64,000 bases of DNA from Polyangiales bacterium (GTDB lineage: Bacteria > Myxococcota_A > Polyangia > Polyangiales > Ga0077539): the NCBI GenBank assembly GCA_044229975.1, contig JBGARZ010000026.1, forward strand, positions 1-64,000, given 5' to 3'. Shown in pieces: positions 1-9,589 of this stretch. Numbering within the stretch: position 1 is the stretch's first letter; each line of letters opens with the position of its first letter. Under the pieces are notes generated by a model. The model was not told the origin of the DNA, did no database searches, and saw nothing but the letters and a program-made list of their open reading frames with translations. Both the position numbers and the translations under genes were made by a program.

Positions 1-142
1 CTGGGGCGCGACTACATCGCGGCGAGCGGCGAGCGCACGGGCAAACCGATGAGGGCCATCGTCGCGGTGGCGACCCCAGCACCATCAACGAGCCGGCGCG
101 AAAGCGGGGCGCGAGACCTCAACTCACGCGCTCGGTAACAGG

Positions 143-547
143 ATGCGAGCGGATGACGCCGACAAGCTGCTCAAGGTCGGCGTGACGCGGATGACTGTGG
201 CCCTCACCCGACGCGACGGACCGCGCGCCCGGATGTACGCGCACCTGATCCTCGCGCTCGCGCCGGTCAGCTACGTGAACGTCGCCGAGCGCCTCACGTG
301 GTTCGCCCGCGCCGTAGCGCGGCCCGTCGGCATCGCCGACGTGGACGGCTCGCCGGTGCGCGACGTTTTGACCGGAGGTCTGGGTCGCTGGTTCGAGGCG
401 CTCGCGAGGGGGTCGACGTACGGCGCCGTCGACGTCGTCCTCGAATGGTGGAACTCGCCGATGGGAGCCTGCACACACGAGGCGTCGATCGCGGGGTGGC
501 TCTCTGCGGTACGACCCGGCCCCAACGACCGCGTCTTGACGGATTGA
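143..547 (+). CDS. Hypothetical protein (134 aa) in the accessory island
   Basis: Open frame with GC-rich codon usage and plausible amino-acid composition; no recognised motif. Confidence 0.45.
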   Translation: MRADDADKLLKVGVTRMTVALTRRDGPRARMYAHLILALAPVSYVNVAERLTWFARAVARPVGIADVDGSPVRDVLTGGLGRWFEALARGSTYGAVDVVLEWWNSPMGACTHEASIAGWLSAVRPGPNDRVLTD

Positions 548-672
548 GTGCAGGTCATGGTGTGGCCTGCTGAGAGAATGACTGCCCCGGGCGAGGATGA
601 AGTGCGGCCGCCGCGAGTCGGTGGTCGCGAGGGGTGTTAGGGCGTCCAGCAGAGTGCTCGGACTGAACGGAC

Positions 673-1230
673 GTGGGGTATCCCCGAAACCCCAGAGCTC
701 TCAGGCAGGTGAGCATGAAGCTCGCGGCTGACGTGACGGAGGTTTTGAGGGAGACAGCCGCGGCGTTGAGAGGCAGCGATCGTCGCTTGTTCATGGCGCG
801 GACGGTGCGCGACCTGTTCGACGAGGTCATGAACCGAGCCGTGCGCGCGCTCGACGGAGACGAGCGGACGTTGCGCGAGGGCAAGAACGAGCTGCGCTCC
901 GGAATCGAGTGCCCCGATGGTGGTTCCGGTGGCGGCCATCCGACGGCACAGGCGCCCCTCCCGAACCTGGTGCGGGATCTGCGCGACCTCGTCGATGGTC
1001 AGAGTCAGACTGATCCGCGCTTTCAAACGCAGAGGCCCTACACCCGCATCACGTCGGCGGAAGTCCGTCGGCACCTCATCCTTCAGAAGGGGTGCATGGA
1101 CCAGGAGTTGCCGTGTGAAGAGACGATTCGCGTCAAGCTCAACGAGCTGGGGCACGGCCTGCGCGCCGTGGCCAAGACCAAGCCGAAAGAAAGTTGCTTC
1201 GACCGGCCGACGCGATCTTCGAGCAGATGA
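673..1230 (+). CDS. ISAzo13-family transposase, N-terminal part (probable start ATG 715)
   Basis: Motifs SQTDPRFQT..YTRIT, LPCEETIRVKLNELG..LR.V.KTKP are typical of the Rhodopirellula/ISAzo13 DDE transposase N-terminus. Confidence 0.8.
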   Translation: MGYPRNPRALRQVSMKLAADVTEVLRETAAALRGSDRRLFMARTVRDLFDEVMNRAVRALDGDERTLREGKNELRSGIECPDGGSGGGHPTAQAPLPNLVRDLRDLVDGQSQTDPRFQTQRPYTRITSAEVRRHLILQKGCMDQELPCEETIRVKLNELGHGLRAVAKTKPKESCFDRPTRSSSR

Positions 1231-1940
1231 GTCGCGAGCGGGCGAAGGCCGCGAACTCGCCCAACGTGCTGGAGCTTTCGATGGACGCGAAGGCCGTCAT
1301 CAAGGTTGGAGCGTTCTCCCGGTACGGCGTCAATCGCGTTTTGGTGTTCACGCTCGATCACGATCACGGGGCCGACGGGAAGGTCGCTCCGTACGGCATC
1401 CTGCTCACGACCCACAAGAAGTTGACCGTCTCTTTGGCGACGGGACCGGTCACGGCCGACTTCATCGTCGATCAGTTCGACGCGTGGTGGTGCGCTCACC
1501 GTGAGCGCTTTCCGCAGGTCGATACGCTCCTCGTGCTTCAGGACAATGGCCCTGAGAACCAGAGCCGACGCATGCAGTTTCTATCGCGGATCGTGGCCTT
1601 CGCTCAAGCTCAACAGATCAACGTCCGCCTCGCCTACTTCCCGCCTTACCACAGCAAGTACAACCCCGTGGAACGCTGCTGGGGCGTGCTCGAACAGCAC
1701 TGGAAGGGGAGTGTCTTGGATACCGTCAAGACGATCGTGAACTTCGTTCAGACCATGACCTGGAAGGGTGCCGCACCCATCGTGCAACTGGTCACCACGA
1801 CGTACGCCAAGGGGATCGCGCTTACACGATCCGCGATGGCGAGGGTCGAGGCGCAGGTGCAACGGCTCGCGCGCCTGGAGGCATGGTTCGTCGATATCCT
1901 GTGCGCGCCGAAAATCGCGCAGGTCAGTGGAGGGCACTGA
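1194..1940 (+). CDS. ISAzo13-family transposase, catalytic DDE part (-1 frame relative to the upstream ORF)
   Basis: Motifs SMDAKA.IKVG.FSR, LDHD, DNGPEN.SRR.QF, YFPPYHSKYNPVERCWG.LE.HW, MTWKG. Confidence 0.85.
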   Translation: MLRPADAIFEQMSRERAKAANSPNVLELSMDAKAVIKVGAFSRYGVNRVLVFTLDHDHGADGKVAPYGILLTTHKKLTVSLATGPVTADFIVDQFDAWWCAHRERFPQVDTLLVLQDNGPENQSRRMQFLSRIVAFAQAQQINVRLAYFPPYHSKYNPVERCWGVLEQHWKGSVLDTVKTIVNFVQTMTWKGAAPIVQLVTTTYAKGIALTRSAMARVEAQVQRLARLEAWFVDILCAPKIAQVSGGH

Positions 1941-2320
1941 ACGGACGAGTACCCCCGGCGAGAAAACTGCGGCGCCCTAACGGCGGCAGTCCACGCGACG
2001 CGTACGGCCGCGCGCGGAGCACTGCCACGCCAGCGTCCAGCGGATGCGCGCGGTCGCGGGGGTGGGAGCAAGCGTGAAGACGTGTCGTGGCCAACTCTCC
2101 GTCCCACCGGTCAGAATCCGCGACCGACGGAGGTCAAGTCGGCTCCGCCCCAACAATAAGATCGACGCGATGACGGACGCTTTCAGGGCTCTGCGGCTGG
2201 CCGCCCCGGAATTCACGAGCATTTGGCAATTTCGTCCTCCGCCGTCCCTGGGGGCACAATGCAATTCGAAGGCATGTGCTAGACACCGCCCTCAGTCCGT
2301 GATATTGCCATTAGCTAAAG

Positions 2321-4054
2321 TTGCTAGGCGAACCATCCAATCCGTCTATTGAAAGCGGGGGCGCAATTGTGAGCATTGGTATCGTGTCTGACGGCAAGTC
2401 GACTGCATCGGGGCGGACTTACAAGGGATGGGCTACGGCGTGCATGGCAACCGTTGCTTTGATCAACTGTCCGGCAATCTGCCACGCCCAGTCGCATCCC
2501 TGCTCTGGCTTGCCATGGCGTCCGCCGGGGGCGCTCAATGTCGTGCCGATATACTGGAACCCTGGCACTCTCGCTGCGAACGGGTTCAATGTCAATGCGT
2601 TCCGGAACTCATTCCTCAACGCCGTCGCTCTGTGGAATGAAGAGTCGCACGCGAACCTCCAGCTACTGTACATGGGGGACACTTCGTCGACTAATCCTAT
2701 CGCTGGCGCGATCGTGGTCAAAAATATCAACCAACTGGCGTGCGGCTCGGGATTGCTCGGTCTGACTCAATGGCCAGGCGGATATTCCTACCTTAGGGAT
2801 GCCAGCCCCCTGGTCAGCATGGTACTGCAGGATTCATGTAGTGGCGCGGTGAGGCCATGGGTGCCCGGCCAGGTCCCTGGCAACTTCTTTTCCTATGAAG
2901 CCGTGCTCGCCCACGAACTGGGACATGCGGTATTCGATCTGCCAGACCGATATGCCGGTGCCTGCGCGCCCGTCCTCCAAGACACGATCATGTTCTCCTA
3001 TGGCAGGGCCACCGCGGCGCTGCATCTATACCCGGTTGATGTCAACACGGCGCGCGCCCGTAACGGGAATCTTGGCTTTGGGAGGCCCTACGCAAGCGAT
3101 ACCGCGGACCTCGGGGTTACCTTCTCTGGCAGGACGACTCTACTCGCCGGCTCTACCATTGACGCCCGAATGACGCCCGCCATCGCGTCGAGGTTTCCGA
3201 GTAGTGACCTTGTTGCCGTCGTTGCCGACCAGTTTGTCGGCAGGCCGTTTTCTGGGGTTCCGGGCTCTTGGACTGCGCAGCCCGTCACGATCAATCCCAC
3301 GGGCTTCTACAGCCAACCCGCTGTCGCCTTCAGCGAGTTCGGAGAAACGCTTGCCACTTGGAATACGAGTTGCACTGCCGCAAGCGACTGCTCGGTGAGC
3401 TGGGCTTGGTCGAATAACAACGGGGCCTCCTGGACCACTGGAGCAGTTCTCGCCTCGAACCCTTTCGGCGCGGGGACGTATACCCGAACCGCCGTTGCGT
3501 ATGACCGGTTCCGAGATCGCTTCGTCATGGCTTTCATCGAAGGCAATTCGCGCCAACCTTCGATGATCAGCTCACCAGCGGCCAGCCCTTCGTGGACGAG
3601 CCCTGGCGCGGTGGCAAACTTCACCCCCCCCAACCCGATGCTTCGTTCGATGGGGGGTATGGTGTTTGACGGATCAGGCGGCGGACTCTTGGTCGCCGTA
3701 TCGGACGAAACTGCCACGTATGGTCAGATCTTTCAGTATCCGATCATCTCCAATCCGGCTGGCGGGTACTTCGTCGACCCCGCGCAGACCGTTGCGGGCC
3801 CAGGGTATGCGACATGGTTCACGGCCCGCAGGTCAATCGGCCTCGCCAGGAGGCCCTCTGACGGTAGGATCTTCATGGCATGGCGAAGCATGTTCGACGG
3901 AGACGTAATCGCGACGGCACACAAGACGTCGATCAGTGCTTCGGCGACGTTCTCGGTTCGTCGAACCAGTCCGTTCACGTCAGAGAGCGGGGTGGACACT
4001 GCGTTCGTGTTCGGCTCCGCACGGTTCGCCATTTCGTTCGCCGGTAATCCTTAG
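2321..4054 (+). CDS. Secreted zinc metalloprotease (metzincin-like) with C-terminal beta-rich/BNR propeller-like region; true start may be 2369 or 2443
   Basis: AHELGHAVFDLPD (HExxH plus downstream Asp), Met-turn-like TIMFSYG, Asp-box-like SNNNGASW, signal-like segment ending ..CHA|QS; codon usage less GC-biased than the core genes. Confidence 0.75.
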   Translation: MLGEPSNPSIESGGAIVSIGIVSDGKSTASGRTYKGWATACMATVALINCPAICHAQSHPCSGLPWRPPGALNVVPIYWNPGTLAANGFNVNAFRNSFLNAVALWNEESHANLQLLYMGDTSSTNPIAGAIVVKNINQLACGSGLLGLTQWPGGYSYLRDASPLVSMVLQDSCSGAVRPWVPGQVPGNFFSYEAVLAHELGHAVFDLPDRYAGACAPVLQDTIMFSYGRATAALHLYPVDVNTARARNGNLGFGRPYASDTADLGVTFSGRTTLLAGSTIDARMTPAIASRFPSSDLVAVVADQFVGRPFSGVPGSWTAQPVTINPTGFYSQPAVAFSEFGETLATWNTSCTAASDCSVSWAWSNNNGASWTTGAVLASNPFGAGTYTRTAVAYDRFRDRFVMAFIEGNSRQPSMISSPAASPSWTSPGAVANFTPPNPMLRSMGGMVFDGSGGGLLVAVSDETATYGQIFQYPIISNPAGGYFVDPAQTVAGPGYATWFTARRSIGLARRPSDGRIFMAWRSMFDGDVIATAHKTSISASATFSVRRTSPFTSESGVDTAFVFGSARFAISFAGNP

Positions 4055-4067
4055 AACTGAGGACAAG

Positions 4068-4721
4068 ATGAAGCATGTTTCGTCACTATGGTTCGTCTGT
4101 TTGTGGGCTACGGCCTGTTCTCAGGTAGATGAGCCCGTTGGGGCTTATCAGACTGCGCAGTCGGTGCTCGTGCCTTCGAGCCCTTCAACTCCTGTTGCCG
4201 CAGATGGAAGTGTGGATGCTAGCGTCGCGGAACATGTGAATGGCGTCGTGTCCGACTGTGACGAGGACCGTCCTCGGCGTCGTGAGGACTTGCCTCGGTT
4301 CGTAGGGCCTGGAACTCGTTTTGTGATTGTCGACGGCCCTCAACCCTCCTCGGAAACAGCCTTGCTGGTCAGTTCGAATGAGGAAGTGACGCTGGAGATC
4401 CCGCTTCGTCGCTTGGCTGCGGAGCGGCTGCAAGCAGGCGACCGGCGTGGCGGCGCCCCACAAGTGCTTTGGGTCCGCGAGGCGGGCTGGCGTTACATCT
4501 CACCGGATCGTTCGCGTATCTCGATGGGGCGCGCAACAGGCGAGTCGATCTTCAACCAGATTGGACGCGAGTCCGGTCCGGTCGCCCCGCGCAGATATTG
4601 GGGCCTCGTACAGCGGATAAGCGGCCGGGACGTGCTTCTCCACGCATTCCCAGTCGAGAATGGCCAAGTCCGGTTTGTGGACGACAACATGCCTCTCGAG
4701 TTCGCTCAAAACCTCCTCTGA
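4068..4721 (+). CDS. Putative lipoprotein, unknown function
   Basis: GAGGA RBS then ATG 4068; MKHVSSLWFVCLWATAC lipobox-like signal; 13 nt after the protease stop. Confidence 0.65.
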   Translation: MKHVSSLWFVCLWATACSQVDEPVGAYQTAQSVLVPSSPSTPVAADGSVDASVAEHVNGVVSDCDEDRPRRREDLPRFVGPGTRFVIVDGPQPSSETALLVSSNEEVTLEIPLRRLAAERLQAGDRRGGAPQVLWVREAGWRYISPDRSRISMGRATGESIFNQIGRESGPVAPRRYWGLVQRISGRDVLLHAFPVENGQVRFVDDNMPLEFAQNLL

Positions 4722-4735
4722 GAAAGGGTAGTCAA

Positions 4736-5341
4736 ATGATGTTCTCTCAGGACCTCGTGCGGAGTCCTTCTTTTCAGGCCGCTCTCGCGGCCTGCCTGAT
4801 GCTGTCCTGCTCTTCGGAGCCCGTAAGGACTCCTCTGCGCTCAAGCGGTCAGGTCGAGCCCCCTCCAGCAGACCTTTTGGAGGTCGCGCGCTATGTGCGA
4901 CGCGTCGGTGGCGTCGTCGTTCAAGGGACTCTTCCGGCAACGACCGCCGCAGAGCCCCCTTCATTCGCAGAAGTGTATCCGGGCCTGCGGTTGCGGTATG
5001 GCGCTGTCTCCGCAGATTTGACGGTTGTGAATCCTCTGGGTTCCTCGGTCACCTCGCCGACTCGTGTTTGGGGATTTAACGGACAACAGGACGTTGTGGA
5101 CGAGTCGGGGCAGGTCTTAGACCAGTACTATGTCTCTGACAGCGTTCTCCGTCCGTCACTTATCGTCAACGGAAACTCAAACGGAGTGTTTTTCCTCCTG
5201 CCCGCGACGTCTGATCGCCCGACCACGGCGTGGCGACTGTACTGGTATGCTGAGACTTCCGGACCTGGAGTCGTGTCTGGTTCGGGAACGTCTAGCGGGA
5301 CCTCAACTGAGGTCACCCAGCTTCAACTGCCTGGTGCTTGA
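4736..5341 (+). CDS. Putative lipoprotein, unknown function
   Basis: ATG 4736 shortly after the upstream stop; ..AALAACLMLSC lipobox; contains a TTA codon at 5117. Confidence 0.65.
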   Translation: MMFSQDLVRSPSFQAALAACLMLSCSSEPVRTPLRSSGQVEPPPADLLEVARYVRRVGGVVVQGTLPATTAAEPPSFAEVYPGLRLRYGAVSADLTVVNPLGSSVTSPTRVWGFNGQQDVVDESGQVLDQYYVSDSVLRPSLIVNGNSNGVFFLLPATSDRPTTAWRLYWYAETSGPGVVSGSGTSSGTSTEVTQLQLPGA

Positions 5342-5599
5342 GCCCTAGGCAGGGAAGGCTCCTCTTCGCCGCCGTTGCGCCTCGGCCCTAACTGCCCAGG
5401 ACCCCAACCCGCCTCGCCAACAACAGATCGAGCTCCCCGAGACTCCCACCACGGTCACCGACCGGCGACTGCGCGAGCTCACATGCGCGTGCTGCGGCAC
5501 AACCGTGCGCGCGGGTCTGCCGTCGGAGGGGGCCGTCGCCTTTGGGCCACGGCTGCACGCCCTCGCAGCGCTGGAGCTGGTGCCCTTCCGCCGCTAAAG

Positions 5600-5830
5600 C
5601 CGCTCGCGACCCCGCGCTTGGGCGAGAACGCTACGAGCCGGTCGTGCCGCAGCCCGCGCACCGCGCGCGCATGAAGCCGCAGGCTAGCGCCCCCACAGCG
5701 GAGGAGGGCCTCGAACTCCGCAACGACGTGCCGCGGCAGCCACCCTCTTTCGCCTGCTCAGCGAAGGCCGCGAAGTGGTCGCGCACCAGTCTGGACGACC
5801 GTATCGCCGACCGGTCTTCACGCATACGAG
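5600..5830 (-). pseudogene. Degraded IS91/ISCR-like transposase N-terminal zinc-binding domain
   Basis: Minus-strand fragments in different frames: RLVRDHFAAF, GALACGFMRARCAGCG and HDRLVAFS.KRG. Together they match the CG.L..GF.R.RC..CG..RLVAFSCK.RG pattern. Limits approximate. Confidence 0.7.
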
Positions 5831-6114
5831 GTGAGGCCCCCTCCCCAGGCACCCCAGGCGAGGGACGGCAATCAGCCTCGCGCTGGGGAAGCCTCCCCAC
5901 CCTCAACGCGAACCGAGAAGTGTCGGCCAAGATGGGTCAGTTTACGGGCTCTTCCGCAGAGTGTGTGGAGGCGGTCGCCCACCGTCCCGCGCGACGCAAC
6001 CTGGGTCGCCGCGCTCCTCCCTGCAACGGCCCGATCTCGGGTGCCGATCAGCCTCGGCGCACGGCCCATGGTTCCTGCGTGGACTTCCGCTCGCGACGAC
6101 CCTGCGACGACCCC

Positions 6115-7750
6115 TCACGCGGAGTGCAGCAGCCGCTGACGAAGCAGCGCCACGCTCGCGCGTCCGTACATCTGCCGCTTGAGCAGCTTGATCCGGGTGA
6201 CCTGCCCTTCGCTCTGCCCGTTGCTCCACTCCTGCTCGACCGCCGCGCGGACCGCCGCGCGGACCGCCGCGCGGTCGCGATCCAGGCCCGTCACGAAGTC
6301 GCGCACCTCGGGCACCTCGCTCGACCGCGTCCGCTCCAGCCACGACGCCAAGCCGGCCACGTCGTGTTCGCGCACCACGCGCCCGAACTCCACCGCCGCG
6401 GTGCGGGTGGAGGCGAACGCCGCGGACGCCCGCGTCAGCTCCGCGACGTACGCCCGTTGCTCGACCGAGAGCCGCGACTCCGGCAGCAGCAGCCACCACC
6501 GCACCTGTCGCGGGGACGGCGTCTTGCCGGAAGGGGCCTCGGCGGCAGGCGCGGCGCGCTCCTGCCGCCAGGGGGCGACGTGGCGCCGGACCGCCTGATA
6601 CGAGCCGCCAAAGCCCAGCGCCTGGAGCTCGCGCCAGAGCCGAGCGACGCTCCGGCATCCCTCCCGCCAGCGGGCTTGCAGGTGGTGCTCGAACGCCGTG
6701 AGCACGCCGACCTTCGTGGGACGCGCGGCGCGCGTCGGGCAGCTCGACGCGCGCAGGTACATGCGCACCGTCGGTCGGCTCAGTCCGAGCTCGCGCACGA
6801 TGGCGCGGATCGAGCGCCCCGCCGCGTGCAGCGCCTGGACCTGGGCGTACCGCGCCTCCTGCGCGCGTTGTCCGCGCGACGGCGCGGGCGCGGCGGCAGG
6901 TGCGGCGGGGCTGCGCCCACGGCACGGCGTCGCGTCCCCGGGGCGCGGCGAGCGGACCCGCCGGGCCGCTTCCTCCAGCGCCGGGCGGTGGCGATGGAGG
7001 ACTCGCTCGACGACGTCGCCGACGTTCTTGAGCAGGTGCCATCGGTCGGCCACCTGCACGGCGTGGGGCGCGCCCAGGCGGGCGCCCAGCGCGTAGATCT
7101 CTGAGCGGTCGCGCGTGATGACCACGACCCCGGGATGCGCGGTCAGCCAGCGGGCAAAGCTCTCGGCGGAACGATCGTCCAGCAGGTCGACGGGCGCATG
7201 CCGCTCCAGGTCGACCAGGACGGTGCCGTAGGTGTGCCCCTTGCGACGCGCCCACTCGTCGACCCCCAGCACGCGCGGGGTCGGGGCCGTCGGGGTCGGC
7301 GCCCGATGCACCAGCCGCAGGACGGTGTCGGCGCTGGCGGCGGCGCCCAGTGCGGGGAGCAATCGCGCTCCGGCTTGGCCGCCCAACGCCATGCCGACGC
7401 GTGTGAGCAGATCGGCCAGCCTGCCGGTGCGCCGCGCGTGGGGTGCCGCGAGCGTAGGAATCCGCTCAGCGAAGGTCCGCCGGGGGCACGCCGCGGCGGC
7501 ACAGCGGAAGTCGCACCTGCAGGTGAAGGCGGACGGGCGTGCCCTGCCAGGCGAGATCAGCGAGGCGGCGGACATAGCGGCCGTGCACCTGCACACTGCG
7601 CGTCTCGCAGGATGGGCAGCGAGCGTGGTAGCCCGCGACGCGCGCGAAGAGCTCGATCCCTGCCGCCGCGGAGACCAGTTGTTGAACCACCAGATCGGGA
7701 TGGAACATCGGGAGGATCGACGGAACCTCCGCGAGCGGGTGCGTCTCCAC
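6115..7750 (-). pseudogene. ISL3-family transposase with a frameshift near 7512
   Basis: The N-terminus CPSC..S..VHGRYVRRLADL..G.PVRL.LQVR (ORF 7466-7750) continues in another frame as FRC....CPRRTFAER, VLGVDEWA.RKG..YGTVLVDLE, DRWHL, WSNGQ.EG....IKLLKRQMYGRA. Confidence 0.85.
6239..6274. repeat. 12-bp tandem repeat ACCGCCGCGCGG x3 inside the ISL3 transposase
   Basis: Three exact copies at 6239, 6251 and 6263, encoding RAAV repeats on the minus strand. Confidence 0.9.
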
Positions 7751-7918
7751 GAAACCTCCTTGCGGCGCTCCTCGCGATCGGGCCGTTGCGAGGGCGAGCG
7801 CGGCGACTCAAGTTGCGTCGCGCGGGAGGGCACGCAACCGCCTCCACACACTCTGCGGAAGAGCCAGTTTACGGTGGCCAAGGAGAGGTGCTCGGAGTGG
7901 AGGAACCGGCGACCTTCG

Positions 7919-8797
7919 CTACGAGCAGTACCCGTACGAGCCGTCGCTGTAGCGGGAGCACGACAGCCCGTAGGGGCACTGCCCAGGCCCGCCGCACCGG
8001 AGATAGCAACGGCTGGTGTTCGTATCGCACACGCGCACGCTCGGTGAGTCCGACGGCGGCACGGGGCAGTCCGCATCCGCCGTGCAGCCCCTGGCGCAGA
8101 AGCGGCGCCCGTCGCCGAAGGCCATACACACCGCGAAGGGCCCGCACTCGGAGGGCATCGCCGACGCCGAGCTCGTGCAGATGTTGTACGCCGCCACCGC
8201 GGGGCACCGCACCCCGCCCACGACCGCGCATGAGGTCACCGACGCCGAGTAGCACGACCGGGCGCCGTCGCAGCGCCGTTGCACGCAGTGGAAGCCGCTC
8301 GGACAGTCGACGTCCTGCGCGCAGGCCATGCACATCGTCTCGCACGCACCGCAGTCGTCCGAGCAGCTCGTACATGTCTCCGCGCTGCTGCACGTCCCGT
8401 CTCCGCAGCGCGCCGCACAAGCACCACAATCATCGGAGCAGGTCGTGCAGGTCTCCGCGCCGTTGCACGTCCCGTCCCCGCAACGCGCCGACGCGCACGC
8501 GCCGCAATCGGCACCGCACGACGAGCACGTCTCGGTCCCGTTGCACGTCCCGTCCCCGCAACGCGCCGAAGTCCCGGCGTCCCTCGCAGCGCAGACGCAG
8601 GCGTCGAAGCCCGCGCCGCTCGCGTTGCACGACTGCGCTCCCGTCGCCCCGTTCGCGCACACGCAAGCCTGTGTCGACCCTGGGGTGCAGCCGCCGATGG
8701 GAATCGACTCCCCACCGCACCCCAGCACGAGGCTCACCACCGTCGCTGCCCACACGACCATGCGTGCGGCGATCCGCCATCCATCTCGTCGTCTCAT
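7919..8797 (-). CDS. Cys-rich myxobacterial-type lipoprotein with three CGDGTC repeats
   Basis: Lipobox LVLGC; three ARCGDGTC..AETC..C..DCGAC units; GAGG RBS upstream. Confidence 0.85.
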   Translation of the reverse strand: MRRRDGWRIAARMVVWAATVVSLVLGCGGESIPIGGCTPGSTQACVCANGATGAQSCNASGAGFDACVCAARDAGTSARCGDGTCNGTETCSSCGADCGACASARCGDGTCNGAETCTTCSDDCGACAARCGDGTCSSAETCTSCSDDCGACETMCMACAQDVDCPSGFHCVQRRCDGARSCYSASVTSCAVVGGVRCPAVAAYNICTSSASAMPSECGPFAVCMAFGDGRRFCARGCTADADCPVPPSDSPSVRVCDTNTSRCYLRCGGPGQCPYGLSCSRYSDGSYGYCS

Positions 8798-8852
8798 CGA
8801 AACCTCCCTCTGTGTTCCGGTGCCGACCTCTAATCTCGACTCATACTTCGCA

Positions 8853-8873
8853 CAAGATTATTAGGCAGTCTTG
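8853..8873. promoter_or_regulatory. Candidate operator in an AT-rich divergent promoter region
   Basis: CAAGATT-N7-AGTCTTG imperfect palindrome between the divergent lipoprotein and XRE genes. Confidence 0.3.
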
Positions 8874-8917
8874 AATGCGTAAATTGATCTCCGTCGGGCC
8901 CCGACAGTGGACCCCTG

Positions 8918-9274
8918 ATGGATCCTCCCGAAACCCCTGCCGATGTCCTCCGTGACGTCGGACGGCGCATCGCAGAACTGCGGGCGGCCCAGGGCTGGAC
9001 CCAGGAAAAGATGGCGGAAACGCTGGACGTAAACCTCCCCTACCTGCAGCGGATCGAAGGCGGCCGGGAGAACCTCACCGTCCGCTCGTTGACGCGGGTG
9101 GCGCACGCCCTGGGCGTCCGCGTCGCAGCCCTGTTCGAGCCGCCAGCCGATCGGGCCCAGCGCGGACCAGGGAGGCCACGCAAACAGAAGGGACCGAAGC
9201 CCACAGCTGCCGACGGGTCACGCCATGACGAGGCCGCGAAAGGCGAGGAGGAACCGAAGAACCCGAACGGGTAG
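8918..9274 (+). CDS. XRE-family helix-turn-helix transcriptional regulator
   Basis: VGRRIAELR...GWTQEKMAE.L....YLQRIEGG..NLT..SL..VAHALGV is a canonical HTH_3 pattern. Confidence 0.9.
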   Translation: MDPPETPADVLRDVGRRIAELRAAQGWTQEKMAETLDVNLPYLQRIEGGRENLTVRSLTRVAHALGVRVAALFEPPADRAQRGPGRPRKQKGPKPTAADGSRHDEAAKGEEEPKNPNG

Positions 9275-9589
9275 TAGGTAGCGGGAATCGCTAGCGTACG
9301 AGCTCCCCCTTCAAGCGCCCCGGCCAGACGCGTGGCTTCTGTCGCCGTCGTCGCGCGAGGACGCGCACCAACTCGCCACGAACGGCGCTCCACGCCGCCG
9401 GGCACGAGCTGCTCACTCCAGCGAGACGCGCTCCCTCAGGGCGTCCGTCGACGGGGCTGCTCGCCGTGCACACACGCAGGACAGCCTGCCGCAGGATGTG
9501 GTCGGCACGCGGGACGGAGGCCGACGTATCTGCCCGCGCGCTGCCCCCCGTACCGTCGTGTGACCGACCGATGAGCCGCGGGCACGCTA

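Larger units (their letters stand above)
640..1977 (+). mobile_element. ISAzo13-family insertion sequence (~1.34 kb)
   Basis: Imperfect terminal IRs (left GGGCGTCCAGCAG at 640; right end reverse complement GGGCGCCGCAG), TA on both sides (638-639 and 1978-1979), enclosing the split transposase. Confidence 0.7.
5947..7865 (-). mobile_element. ISL3-family insertion sequence (1919 bp)
   Basis: Terminal IR GGCTCTTCCGCAGAGTGTGTGGAGGCGGT (29 bp perfect, extending imperfectly to ~90 bp); 8-bp target duplication AGTTTACG at 5939-5946 and 7866-7873. Confidence 0.95.

Noticed and set aside
519..643. Possible integron attC site (GCCCCAAC ... GTTAGGGC) after ORF 143-547, and similar CCCTAAC motifs at 1975 and ~5387
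   Set aside because: L-box pairing and spacing are not convincing, no integrase is visible, and GTTAGGGC/GCCCTAAC are explained by the ISAzo13 ends plus the TA duplication.
8340..8570. Direct repeats that could suggest a CRISPR-like array
   Set aside because: They are in-frame Cys-rich coding repeats without unique spacers; no cas genes or CRISPR array were seen in the window.
9275..9589. Small ORFs between the XRE and rep-like genes
   Set aside because: No recognisable motif, RBS or consistent codon bias.
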